Positions 1 to 15,000 of a stretch of 64,000 nucleotides of DNA are shown one piece after another; the first letter of the stretch is position 1, and each line of letters opens with the position of its first letter. Origin of the DNA: Candidatus Ruthturnera sp. Tsphm01 (GTDB lineage: Bacteria > Pseudomonadota > Gammaproteobacteria > PS1 > Pseudothioglobaceae); contig CP125320.1 of NCBI GenBank assembly GCA_030142985.1, positions 3,639 to 67,638 on the forward strand, written 5' to 3'. The position numbers and the translations under genes are program-made. The notes beneath the pieces are model-generated. The model had not been told where the DNA came from and did not search any database. It worked only from the letters and a program-made list of their open reading frames with translations.

Positions 1-2
1 AT

Positions 3-3000
3 GTGCAGGTGATAAACAATGTTTGGTCAATTGACACAGGAGCAAAAACACCTTCATCAGGAACATTAGGAGCTTTTGTAGATGGACAAAGTTATGACAT
101 TGTTGCAACCGTAACAGACGCAGCTGGCAATAGCATAAGCGATAACTCAAACAATGAGTTGACTATTGATACTACAGCCCCAGGCGCTCCAACCATCAAC
201 ACAGTATCAAATGATAACCTTATCAATGCAGCTGAGAACGCAGCAGGTTTTAATCTAACTGGTACAGGTGAAGTTGGTAGTACTATTATTGTTTCAGGAT
301 TTGAAACTGGTGTGGCTGACAAAACAACAAGCGTTGCTGTAGATGGCACTTGGTCAATTGCAATTGTTGATACAGATTTAGCTGATAATGGCTCAAATAC
401 TTTAACAGTAACACAAACAGACCTAGCAGGCAACACAAGCCCTGCTGCAACTAGAACAATCACCACAGATTTAATTGCACCAACAACCCCAAGCGTTGAT
501 AGTCTAACAACTAATGATTTAACCCCAACTATAACAGGTACAGCCACACTAACTAATGGTGAAACTTTAAGCGTAAGTGTTAATGGCGCAAGCTATAACA
601 ATGTGCAGGTGATAAACAATGTTTGGTCAATTGACACAGGAGCAAAAACACCTTCATCAGGAACATTAGGAGCTTTTGTAGATGGACAAAGTTATGACAT
701 TGTTGCAACCGTAACAGACGCAGCTGGCAATAGCATAAGCGATAACTCAAACAATGAGTTGACTATTGATACTACAGCCCCAGGCGCTCCAACCATCAAC
801 ACAGTATCAAATGATAACCTTATCAATGCAGCTGAGAACGCAGCAGGTTTTGATCTAACTGGTACAGGTGAAGCTGGCAGTACTATTATTGTTTCAGGAT
901 TTGAAACTGGTGTGGCTGACAAATGGACACTCGTTGCTGCAGATGGCACTTGGTCAATTGCAATTGTTGATACAGATTTAGCTGATAATGGCTCAAATAC
1001 TTTAACAGTAACACAAACAGACCTAGCAGGCAACACAAGCCCTGCTGCAACTAGAACAATCACCACAGATTTAATTGCACCAACAACCCCAAGCGTTGAT
1101 AGTCTAACAACTAATGATTTAACCCCAACTATAACAGGTACAGCCACACTCGCTAATGGTGAAACCTTAAGCGTAAGTGTTAATGGTGCAATCTATGACA
1201 ATGTAGAGGTGATAGGCAATGCTTGGTCAATTGACACAGAAACAAAAACACCTTCATCAGGAGTATTGGAAGCATTTGTAGATGGACAAAGTTATAACAT
1301 TGTTGCAATTGCAACAGACGCAGCTGGTAATAGTGCAAGAGATAACTCAATCAATGAGTTGACTATTGATAATACAGCCTCAAACGCTCCAACCATTGAC
1401 TCAGTCTCAAATGATGACCTTATCAATGCAGCTGAGAACGCAGCAGGTTTTAATCTAACTGGTACAGGTGAAGTTGGTAGTACTATTATTGTTTCAGGAT
1501 TTGAAACTGGTGTGGCTGACAAAACAACAACCGTTGCTGCAGATGGCACTTGGTTAATTGCAATTGTTGATACAGATTTAGCTGATAATGGCTCAAATAC
1601 TTTAAAAGCAACACAAACAGACTCAGTAGGCAACACAAGCCCTGCTGCAACTAGAACAATCACCATAGATTTAATTGCACCAACAACCCCAAGCGTTGAT
1701 AGTCTAACAACTAATGATTTAACCCCAACTATAACAGGTACAGCCACACTAACTAATGGTGAAACCTTAAGCGTAAGTGTTAATGGTGCAATCTATGACA
1801 ATGTAGAGGTGATAGGCAATGCTTGGTCAATTGACACAGAAACAAAAACACCTTCATCAGGAGTATTGGGAGCATTTGTAGATGGACAAAGCTATGATAT
1901 TGTTGCAACCGTAACAGACGTAGCTGGCAATAGTGCAAGCGATAACTCAATCAATGAGTTGACTATTGATAATACAGCCTCAAACGCTCCAACCATTGAC
2001 TCAGTCTCAAATGATGACCTTATCAATGCAGCTGAGAACGCAGCAGGTTTTAATCTAACTGGTACAGGTGAAGTTGGTAGTACTATTATTGTTTCAGGAT
2101 TTGAAACTGGTGTGGCTGACAAAACAACAAGCGTTGCTGTAGATGGCACTTGGTCAATTGCAATTGTTGATGCAGATTTGGCTGATAATGGCTCAAATAC
2201 TTTAAAAGCAACACAAACAGACTCAGTAGGCAACACAAGCCCTGCTGCAACTAGAACAATCACCATAGATTTAATTGCACCAACAACCCCAAGCGTTGAT
2301 AGTCTAACAACTAATGATTTAACCCCAACTATAACAGGTACAGCCACACTAACTAATGGTGAAACCTTAAGCGTAAGTGTTAATGGTGCAATCTATGACA
2401 ATGTAGAGGTGATAGGCAATGCTTGGTCAATTGACACAGAAACAAAAACACCTTCATCAGGAGTATTGGGAGCATTTGTAGATGGACAAAGCTATGATAT
2501 TGTTGCAACCGTAACAGACGTAGCTGGCAATAGTGCAAGCGATAACTCAATCAATGAGTTGACTATTGATAATACAGCCTCAAACGCTCCAACCATTGAC
2601 TCAGTCTCAAATGATGACCTTATCAATGCAGCTGAGAACGCAGCAGGTTTTAATCTAACTGGTACAGGTGAAGTTGGTAGTACTATTATTGTTTCAGGAT
2701 TTGAAACTGGTGTGGCTGACAAAACAACAAGCGTTGCTGTAGATGGCACTTGGTCAATTGCAATTGTTGATGCAGATTTGGCTGATAATGGCTCAAATAC
2801 TTTAACAGCAACACAAACAGACTCAGTAGGCAACACAAGCCCTGCTGCAACTAGAACAATCACCATAGATTTAATTGCACCAACAACCCCAAGCGTTGAT
2901 AGTCTAACAACTAATGATTTAACCCCAACTATAACAGGTACAGCCACACTAACTAATGGTGAAACCTTAAGCGTAAGTGTTAATGGTGCAATCTATGACA

Positions 3001-6000
3001 ATGTAGAGGTGATAGGCAATGCTTGGTCAATTGACACAGAAACAAAAACACCTTCATCAGGAGTATTGGGAGCATTTGTAGATGGACAAAGCTATGATAT
3101 TGTTGCAACCGTAACAGACGTAGCTGGCAATAGTGTAAGCGATAACTCAATCAATGAGTTGACTATTGATAATACAGCCTCAAACGCTCCAACCATTGAC
3201 TCAGTCTCAAATGATGACCTTATCAATGCAGCTGAGAACGCAGCAGGTTTTAATCTAACTGGTACAGGTGAAGTTGGTAGTACTATTATTGTTTCAGGAT
3301 TTGAAACTGGTGTGGCTGACAAAACAACAAGCGTTGCTGTAGATGGCACTTGGTCAATTGCAATTGTTGATGCAGATTTGGCTGATAATGGCTCAAATAC
3401 TTTAACAGCAACACAAACAGACTCAGTAGGCAACACAAGCCCTGCTGCAACTAGAACAATCACCATAGATTTAATTGCACCAACAACCCCAAGCGTTGAT
3501 AGTCTAACAACTAATGATTTAACCCCAACTATAACAGGTACAGCCACACTAACTAATGGTGAAACCTTAAGCGTAAGTGTTAATGGTGCAATCTATGACA
3601 ATGTAGAGGTGATAGGCAATGCTTGGTCAATTGACACAGAAACAAAAACACCTTCATCAGGAGTATTGGGAGCATTTGTAGATGGACAAAGCTATGATAT
3701 TGTTGCAACCGTAACAGACGTAGCTGGCAATAGTGCAAGCGATAACTCAATCAATGAGTTGACTATTGATAATACAGCCTCAAACGCTCCAACCATTGAC
3801 TCAGTCTCAAATGATGACCTTATCAATGCAGCTGAGAACGCAGCAGGTTTTAATCTAACTGGTACAGGTGAAGTTGGTAGTACTATTATTGTTTCAGGAT
3901 TTGAAACTGGTGTGGCTGACAAAACAACAAGCGTTGCTGTAGATGGCACTTGGTCAATTGCAATTGTTGATGCAGATTTGGCTGATAATGGCTCAAATAC
4001 TTTAACAGCAACACAAACAGACTCAGTAGGCAACACAAGCCCTGCTGCAACTAGAACAATCACCATAGATTTAATTGCACCAACAACCCCAAGCGTTGAT
4101 AGTCTAACAACTAATGATTTAACCCCAACTATAACAGGTACAGCCACACTAACTAATGGTGAAACCTTAAGCGTAAGTGTTAATGGTGCAATCTATGACA
4201 ATGTAGAGGTGATAGGCAATGCTTGGTCAATTGACACAGAAACAAAAACACCTTCATCAGGAGTATTGGGAGCATTTGTAGATGGACAAAGCTATGATAT
4301 TGTTGCAACCGTAACAGACGTAGCTGGCAATAGTGCAAGCGATAACTCAATCAATGAGTTGACTATTGATAATACAGCCTCAAACGCTCCAACCATTGAC
4401 TCAGTCTCAAATGATGACCTTATCAATGCAGCTGAGAACGCAGCAGGTTTTAATCTAACTGGTACAGGTGAAGTTGGTAGTACTATTATTGTTTCAGGAT
4501 TTGAAACTGGTGTGGCTGACAAAACAACAAGCGTTGCTGTAGATGGCACTTGGTCAATTGCAATTGTTGATGCAGATTTGGCTGATAATGGCTCAAATAC
4601 TTTAACAGCAACACAAACAGACTCAGTAGGCAACACAAGCCCTGCTGCAACTAGAACAATCACCATAGATTTAATTGCACCAACAACCCCAAGCGTTGAT
4701 AGTCTAACAACTAATGATTTAACCCCAACTATAACAGGTACAGCCACACTAACTAATGGTGAAACCTTAAGCGTAAGTGTTAATGGTGCAATCTATGACA
4801 ATGTAGAGGTGATAGGCAATGCTTGGTCAATTGACACAGAAACAAAAACACCTTCATCAGGAGTATTGGGAGCATTTGTAGATGGACAAAGCTATGATAT
4901 TGTTGCAACCGTAACAGACGTAGCTGGCAATAGTGCAAGCGATAACTCAATCAATGAGTTGACTATTGATAATACAGCCTCAAACGCTCCAATCATTAAC
5001 AAAGTATCAAATGATAACCTTATCAATGCAGCTGAGAACGCAGCAGGTTTTAATCTAACTGGTACAGGTGAAGTTGGTGATTTTATTACTGTTTCAGGAT
5101 TTGAAGCTGGTGTGGCTGACAAAACAACAAGCGTTGCTGAAGATGGCACTTGGTCAATTGCAATTGTTGATACAGATTTAGCTGATAATGGCTCAAATAC
5201 TTTAACAGCAACACAAACAGACTCAGTAGGCAACACAAGCCCTGCTGCAACTATAACAATCACCACAGATTTAATTGCACCAACAACCCCAAGCGTTGAT
5301 AGTCTAACAACTAATGATTTAACCCCAACTATAACAGGTACAGCCACACTAACTAATGGTGAAACCTTAAGCGTAAGTGTTAATGGTGCAATCTATGACA
5401 ATGTAGAGGTGATAGGCAATGCTTGGTCAATTGACACAGAAACAAAAACACCTTCATCAGGAGTATTGGGAGCATTTGTAGATGGACAAAGCTATGATAT
5501 TGTTGCAACCGTAACAGACGTAGCTGGCAATAGTGTAAGCGATAACTCAATCAATGAGTTGACTATTGATAATACAGCCTCAAACGCTCCAACCATTGAC
5601 TCAGTCTCAAATGATGACCTTATCAATGCAGCTGAGAACGCAGCAGGTTTTAATCTAACTGGTACAGGTGAAATTGGTAGTACTATTACTGTTTCAGGAT
5701 TTGAAACTGGTGTGGATGACAAAACAACAAGCGTTGCTGTAGATGGCACTTGGTCAATTGCAATTGTTGATACAGATTTGGCTGATAATGGCTCAAATAC
5801 TTTAACAGCAACACAAACAGACTCAGTAGGCAACACAAGCCCTGCTGCAACTAGAACAATCACCACAGATTTAATTGCACAATATTCACCAATAGTTGAT
5901 GGACCAACAATTAGTAATAGCCTATCCATATTTATAGGAGGTATAGCATGGATTGATGAGGGTGATACATTAAGCGTAAGTGTTAATGGTGCAACCTATA

Positions 6001-9000
6001 ACGATGTGCAGGTTATAAACCATGGTTGGAATATTGACATACAAACAGCAATACCTTCATCAGGAGTATTGGGAGCATTTGTAGATGGACAAAGCTATGA
6101 TGTTGTTGCAACTGTAACAGACGCAGCTGGCAATAGCGCAAGCGACAATACAATCAATGAGTTGATTATTGATGACACAGCCCCAGACGTCATTGTCCCA
6201 GGCGCTCCAATCATTAACAAAGTATCAAATGATAACCTTATCAATGCAGAAGAGAACGCAGCGGGTTTCAATCTAACTGGTACAGCCTACGCTAGTTATA
6301 CTGGTTATGCTAATCGTTTTGATATTGTTACAGTTTCTGGATTTAAAGGTGGTGATGAGAAAGCTGCATTCATTAATGAAGATCGTACTTGGTCATTTGC
6401 AATTACTGATGAGGATTTGTTTGATAATGCTTCAACCACTTTAACAGTAGTGCAACGCGTAAAGCCTTGTGCTACCTGCGACTACGTCCAAAGCCCTGTT
6501 GCAACTATAACAATCACCACAGATTTAATTGCACCAACAACCCCAAGCGTTGATAGTCTAACAACTAATGATTTAACCCCAACTATAACAGGTACAGCCA
6601 CACTGACTGATGGTGAAACCTTAAGCGTAAGTGTTAATGGTGCAATCTATGACAATGTAGAAGTGACAGGCAATGCTTGGTCAATTGACACAGAAACAAA
6701 AACACCTTCATCAGGAGTATTGGAAGCATTTGTAAATGGACAAAGCTATAACATTATTGCAATTGCAACAGACGCAGCTGGCAATAGTGCAAGAGATAAC
6801 TCAATCAATGAGTTGACTATTGATAATACAGCCTCAAACGCTCCAACCATTGACTCAGTCTCAGATGATGACCTTATCAATGCAGCTGAGAACGCAGCAG
6901 GTTTTGATCTAACTGGTACAGGTGAAGCTGGTAATACTATTATTGTTTCAGGATTTGAAGCTGGTGTGGCTGACAAAACAACAAGCGTTGCTGCAGATGG
7001 CACTTGGTTAATTGCAATTGTTGATGCAGATTTGGCTGATAATGGCTCAAATACTTTAACAGCAACACAAACAGACTCAGTAGGCAACACAAGCCCTGCT
7101 GCAACTAGAACAATCACCACAGATTTAATTGCACCAATAGACGGCGTATACGTTAATAATTTAATAACTAACAACCTAACTCCAACCATAACAGGTTCAT
7201 CAGCCACACTCGCTGATGGTGAAACCTTAAGCGTAAGTGTTAATGGTGCAATCTATGACAATGTGCAGGTGATAAGCCATACTTGGTTAATTAACACAGA
7301 AACAGCAATACCTTCATCAGGAATATTGGAAGCATTTGTAGATGGACAAAGCTATGATATTGTTGCAACTGTAACAGACGCAGCTGGCAATAGTGCAAGC
7401 GATAATACAACCAATGAGTTGACTATTGATAGCACAGCCTCAGACGTCCCAGACACACCAAACGCTCCAACCATTAGCTCAGTCTCAGGTGATAACCTTA
7501 TCAATGCAGCTGAGAACGTAGCAGGTTTTGATTTAACTGGTACAGGTGAAGCTGGTAATACTATTATTGTTTCAGGATTTGAAGCTGGTGTGGCTGACAA
7601 AACAACAACCGTTGCTGCAGATGGCACCTGGTCAATTACAATTGTTGATGCAGATTTGGCTGATAATGGCTCAAATACTTTAACAGCGGTACAAGTAAAC
7701 TCAGAAGGCATCCCAAGCCCTCTTGCAACTATAACAATCACCACAGATTTAATTGCACCAACAGCCCCAAGCGTTGATAGTCTAACAACTAATGATTTAA
7801 CCCCAACTATAACAGGTAGAGCTACACTGACTGATGGTGAAACCTTAAGCGTAATTGTTAATGGTGCAATCTATGACAATGTAGAGGTGATAGGCAATGC
7901 TTGGTCAATTGACACAGAAACAAAAACACCTTCATCAGGAGTATTGGAAGCATTTGTAGATGGACAAAGTTATAACATTGTTGCAATTGCAACAGACGCA
8001 GCTGGTAATAGTGCAAGAGATAACTCAAACAATGAGTTGACTATTGATAATACAGCCTCAAACGCTCCAACCATTGACTCAGTCTCAGATGATGACCTTA
8101 TCAATGCAGCTGAGAACGCAGCAGGTTTTAATCTAACTGGTACAGGTGAAGTTGGTGATTTTATTACTGTTTCAGGATTTGAAGCTGGTGTGGCTGACAA
8201 AACAACAAGCGTTGCTGTAGATGGCACTTGGTCAATTGCAATTGTTGATGCAGATTTGGCTGATAATGGCTCAAATACTTTAACAGCAACACAAACAGAC
8301 TCAGTAGGCAACACAAGCCCTGCTGCAACTAGAACAATCACCACAGATTTAATTGCACCAATAAACCTATTGGTTTATTATCTAACAACTAATGAGTTAA
8401 CCCCAACCATAAAAGGTGTACTCACACTCACTGATGGTGAAAGCGTAAGCGTAAGCGTGAGCGTTAATGGCGCAATCTATGATAATGTAGAGGTGATAGG
8501 CAATATCTGGTCAGTTGACACAGAAACAGTCACACCTTCATCAGGAACATTGGGAACTTTTGTAAATGGACAAAGCTATGACATTGTTGCAACCGTAACA
8601 GACGTAGCTGGAAATAGCGATATCTTAAGCAATGAGTTGATTTTTGATACCACAGCCCCAGACGCTCCAACCATTAACTCAGTCTCAGGTGACAACCTTA
8701 TCAATGCAGCTGAGAACGCAGCAGGTTTTAATCTAACTGGTACAGGTGAAGCTGGTAGTACTATTACTGTTTCAGGATTTGAAGCTGGTGTGAGTAACAA
8801 AAAAGTAGGCGTTGCTGAAGATGGCACTTGGTCAATTGCAATTGTTGACACAGATTTGGCTGATAATGGCTCAAACACTTTAATAGTAACAGATACAGAC
8901 CGAGCAGGCAACATAAGCCCTGCTGCAACTATAACAATCACCACAGATTTAATTGCACCAACAACCCCAAGCGTTGATAGTCTAACAACTAATGATTTAA

Positions 9001-12000
9001 CCCCAACTATAACAGGTACAGCCACACTGACTGATGGTGGAACCTTAAGCGTAAGTGTTAATGGTGCAATCTATGACAATGTAGAGGTGATAGGCAATGC
9101 TTGGTTAATTGACACAGAAACAGCAACACCTTCATCAGGAGTATTGGAAGCATTTGTAGATGGACAAAGTTATGACATTATTGCAATTGCAACAGACGCA
9201 GCTGGTAATAGTGCAAGCGATGACTCAAACAATGAATTGACTATTGATAGTACAACCTCAAACGCTCCAACCATTAACTCAGTCTCAGATGATGACCTTA
9301 TCAATGCAGCTGAGAACGCAGCAGGTTTTAATCTAACTGGTACAGGTGAAGTTGGTAGTACTATTATTGTTTCAGGATTTGAAACTGGTGTGGCTGACAA
9401 AACAACAACCGTTGCTGCAGATGGCACTTGGTTAATTGCAATTGTTGATACAGATTTAGCTGATAATGGCTCAAATACTTTAAAAGCAACACAAACAGAC
9501 TCAGTAGGCAACACAAGCCCTGCTGCAACTAAAACAATCACCACAGATTTAATTGCACCAACAACCCCAAGCGTTGATAGTCTAACAACTAATGATTTAA
9601 CCCCAACTATAACAGGTAGAGCTACACTGACTGATGGTGAAACCTTAAGCGTAAGTGTTAATGGTGCAATCTATGACAATGTAGAGGTGATAGGCAATGC
9701 TTGGTTAATTGACACAGAAACAGCAACACCTTCATCAGGAGTATTGGAAGCATTTGTAGATGGACAAAGTTATGACATTATTGCAATTGCAACAGACGCA
9801 GCTGGTAATAGTGCAAGCGATGACTCAAACAATGAGTTGACTATTGATAGTACAGCCTCAAACGCTCCAACCATTAACTCAGTCTCAGATGATGACCTTA
9901 TCAATGCAGCTGAGAACGCAGCAGGTTTTAATCTAACTGGTACAGGTGAAGTTGGTAGTACTATTACTGTTTCAGGATTTGAAACTGGTGTGGGTGACAA
10001 AACAACAAGCGTTGCTGTAGATGGCACTTGGTCAATTGCAATTGTTGATACAGATTTAGCTGATAATGGCTCAAATACTTTAAAAGCAACACAAACAGAC
10101 TCAGTAGGCAACACAAGCCCTGCTGCAACTAAAACAATCACCACAGATTTAATTGCACCAACAACCCCAAGCGTTGATAGTCTAACAACTAATGATTTAA
10201 CCCCAACTATAACAGGTACAGCCACACTCACTGATGGTGAAACCTTAAGCGTAATTGTTAATGGTGCAATCTATGACAATGTAGAGGTGATAGGCAATGC
10301 TTGGTCAATTGACACAGAAACAAAAACACCTTCATCAGGAGCATTGGGAGCATTTGTAGATGGACAAAGCTATGATATTGTTGCAACCGTAACAGACGTA
10401 GCTGGCAATAGTGCAAGCGATAACTCAATCAATGAGTTGACTATTGATAATCCAGCCTCAAACGCTCCAATCATTAACAAAGTATCAAATGATAACCTTA
10501 TCAATGCAGAAGAGAACGCAGCAGGTTTTAATCTAACTGGTACAGGTGAAGTTGGTGATTTTATTACTGTTTCAGGATTTGAAGCTGGTGTGGCTGACAA
10601 AACAACAAGCGTTGCTGAAGATGGCACTTGGTCAATTGCAATTGTTGATACAGATTTAGCTGATAATGGCTCAAATACTTTAACAGCAACACAAACAAAC
10701 TCAGTAGGCAACACAAGCCCTGCTGCAACTATAACAATCACCACAGATTTAATTGCACCAACAACCCCAAGCGTTGATAGTCTAACAACTAATGATTTAA
10801 CCCCAACTATAACAGGTACAGCCACACTCGCTGATGGTGAAACCTTAAGCGTAAGTGTTAATGGTGCAATCTATGACAATGTAGAGGTGATAGGCAATGC
10901 TTGGTTAATTGACACAGAAACAGCAACACCTTCATCAGGAGTATTGGAAGCATTTGTAGATGGACAAAGTTATGACATTATTGCAATTGCAACAGACGCA
11001 GCTGGTAATAGTGCAAGCGATGACTCAAACAATGAGTTGACTATTGATAGTACAGCCTCAAACGCTCCAACCATTGACTCAGTCTCAGATGATGACCTTA
11101 TCAATGCAGAAGAGAACGCAGCAGGTTTTAATCTAACTGGTACAGGTGAAGTTGGTAGTACTATTACTGTTTCAGGATTTGAAACTGGTGTGGCTGACAA
11201 AACAACAAGCGTTGCTGTAGATGGCACTTGGTCAATTGCAATTGTTGATACAGATTTAGCTGATAATGGCTCAAATACTTTAAAAGCAACACAAACAGAC
11301 TCAGTAGGCAACACAAGCCCTGCTGCAACTAAAACAATCACCACAGATTTAATTGCACCAATAGACGGCGTATACGTTAATAATTTAATAACTAACAACC
11401 TAACTCCAACCATAACAGGTTCATCAGCCACACTCGCTGATGGTGAAACCTTAAGCGTAAGTGTTAATGGTGCAATCTATGACAATGTGCAGGTGATAAG
11501 CCATACTTGGTTAATTAACACAGAAACAGCAATACCTTCATCAGGAATATTGGAAGCATTTGTAGATGGACAAAGCTATGATATTGTTGCAACTGTAACA
11601 GACGCAGCTGGCAATAGTGCAAGCGATAACTCAATCAATGAGTTGACTATTGATAGCACAGCCTCAGACGTCCCAGACACACCAAACGCTCCAACCATTA
11701 GCTCAGTCTCAGGTGATAACCTTATCAATGCAGCTGAGAACGTAGCAGGTTTTGATTTAACTGGCACAGGTGAAGGTAACAACCTTGTTATTGTTTCAGG
11801 ATTTGAAGTTGGCGTGGCTGATAAAGAAATAATAGTTGCTGCAGATGGCACCTGGTCAATTACAATTGTTGATGCAGATTTAGCTGATAATGGCTCAAAT
11901 ACTTTAACAGCGGTACAACTAAACTCAAAAGGCATCCCAAGCCCTGCTGCAACTATAACAATCACCACAGATTTAATTGCACCAACAACCCCAAGCGTTG

Positions 12001-15000
12001 ATAGTCTAACAACTAATGATTTAACCCCAACTATAACAGGTACAGCCACACTCACTGATGGTGAAACCTTAAGCGTAATTGTTAATGGTGCAATCTATGA
12101 CAATGTGCAGGTGATAAGCCATACTTGGTTAATTAACACAGAAACAGCAATACCTTCATCAGGAATGTTGGGTTTTTTTGTAGAAGGACAAAGCTATGAT
12201 GTTGTTGCAACTGTAACAGACGCAGCTGGCAATAGTGCAAGCGATAACTCAATCAATGAGTTGACTATTAATAATCCAGCCCCAGACGCTCCAACCATTA
12301 ACTCAGTCTCAGGTGATAACCTTATCAATGCAGCTGAGAACGCAGCAGGTTTTAATCTAACTGGTACAGGTAAAGTTGGTGATTTTATTACTGTTTCAGG
12401 ATTTGAAGCTGGTGTGGCTTACAAAACAACAAGCGTTGCTGAAGATGGCACTTGGTCAATTGCAATTGTTGATACAGATTTAGCTGATAATGGCTCAAAT
12501 ACTTTAACAGCAACACAAACAAACTCAGTAGGCAACACAAGCCCTGCTGCAACTATAACAATCACCACAGATTTAATTGCACCAACAACCCCAAGCGTTG
12601 ATAGTCTAACAACTAATGATTTAACCCCAACTATAACAGGTACAGCCACACTGACTGATGGTGAAACCTTAAGCGTAAGTGTTAATGGTGCAATCTATGA
12701 CAATGTAGAAGTGACAGGCAATGCTTGGTCAATTGACACAGAAACAAAAACACCTTCATCAGGAGCATTGGGAGCATTTGTAGATGGACAAAGCTATGAT
12801 ATTGTTGCAACCGTAACAGACGTAGCTGGCAATAGTGCAAGAGATAACTCAATCAATGAGTTGACTATTGATAATACAGTCTCAAACGCTCCAACCATTG
12901 ACTCAGTCTCAAATGATGACCTTATCAATGCAGAAGAGAACGCAGCAGGTTTTAATCTAACTGGTACAGGTGAAGTTGGTAGTACTATTACTGTTTCAGG
13001 ATTTGAAACTGGTGTGGGTGACAAAACAACAAGCGTTGCTGTAGATGGCACTTGGTCAATTGCAATTGTTGATACAGATTTAGCTGATAATGGCTCAAAT
13101 ACTTTAAAAGCAACACAAACAGACTCAGTAGGCAACACAAGCCCTGCTGCAACTAAAACAATCACCACAGATTTAATTGCACCAACAACCCCAAGCGTTG
13201 ATAGTCTAACAACTAATGATTTAACCCCAACTATAACAGGTACAGCCACACTCACTGATGGTGAAACCTTAAGCGTAATTGTTAATGGTGCAATCTATGA
13301 CAATGTAGAGGTGATAGGCAATGCTTGGTCAATTGACACAGAAACAAAAACACCTTCATCAGGAGCATTGGGAGCATTTGTAGATGGACAAAGCTATGAT
13401 ATTGTTGCAACCGTAACAGACGTAGCTGGCAATAGTGCAAGCGATAACTCAATCAATGAGTTGACTATTGATAATCCAGCCTCAAACGCTCCAATCATTA
13501 ACAAAGTATCAAATGATAACCTTATCAATGCAGAAGAGAACGCAGCAGGTTTTAATCTAACTGGTACAGGTGAAGTTGGTGATTTTATTACTGTTTCAGG
13601 ATTTGAAGCTGGTGTGGCTGACAAAACAACAAGCGTTGCTGAAGATGGCACTTGGTCAATTGCAATTGTTGATACAGATTTAGCTGATAATGGCTCAAAT
13701 ACTTTAACAGCAACACAAACAAACTCAGTAGGCAACACAAGCCCTGCTGCAACTATAACAATCACCACAGATTTAATTGCACCAACAACCCCAAGCGTTG
13801 ATAGTCTAACAACTAATGATTTAACCCCAACTATAACAGGTACAGCCACACTGACTGATGGTGAAACCTTAAGCGTAAGTGTTAATGGTGCAATCTATGA
13901 CAATGTAGAGGTGATAGGCAATGCTTGGTCAATTGACACAGAAACAAAAACACCTTCATCAGGAGTATTGGGAGCATTTGTAGATGGACAAAGCTATAAC
14001 ATTATTGCAATTGCAACAGACGCAGCTGGTAATAGTGCAAGAGATAACTCAATCAATGAGTTGACTATTGATAATACAGCCTCAAACGCTCCAACCATTG
14101 ACTCAGTCTCAGATGATGACCTTATCAATGCAGAAGAGAACGCAGCAGGTTTTAATCTAACTGGTACAGGTGAAATTGGTAGTACTATTACTGTTTCAGG
14201 ATTTGAAACTGGTGTGGATGACAAAACAACAAGCGTTGCTGTAGATGGCACTTGGTCAATTGCAATTGTTGATACAGATTTGGCTGATAATGGCTCAAAT
14301 ACTTTAACAGCAACACAAACAGACTCAGTAGGCAACACAAGCCCTGCTGCAACTAGAACAATCACCACAGATTTAATTGCACAATATTCACCAATAGTTG
14401 ATGGACCAACAATTAGTAATAGCCTATCCATATTTATAGGAGGTATAGCATGGATTGATGAGGGTGATACATTAAGCGTAAGTGTTAATGGTGCAACCTA
14501 TAACGATGTGCAGGTTATAAACCATGGTTGGAATATTGACATACAAACAGCAATACCTTCATCAGGAGTATTGGGAGCATTTGTAGATGGACAAAGCTAT
14601 GATGTTGTTGCAACTGTAACAGACGCAGCTGGCAATAGCGCAAGCGACAATACAATCAATGAGTTGATTATTGATGACACAGCCCCAGACGTCATTGTCC
14701 CAGGCGCTCCAATCATTAACAAAGTATCAAATGATAACCTTATCAATGCAGAAGAGAACGCAGCGGGTTTCAATCTAACTGGTACAGCCTACGCTAGTTA
14801 TACTGGTTATGCTAATCGTTTTGATATTGTTACAGTTTCTGGATTTAAAGGTGGTGATGAGAAAGCTGCATTCATTAATGAAGATCGTACTTGGTCATTT
14901 GCAATTACTGATGAGGATTTGTTTGATAATGCTTCAACCACTTTAACAGTAGTGCAACGCGTAAAGCCTTGTGCTACCTGCGACTACGTCCAAAGCCCTG

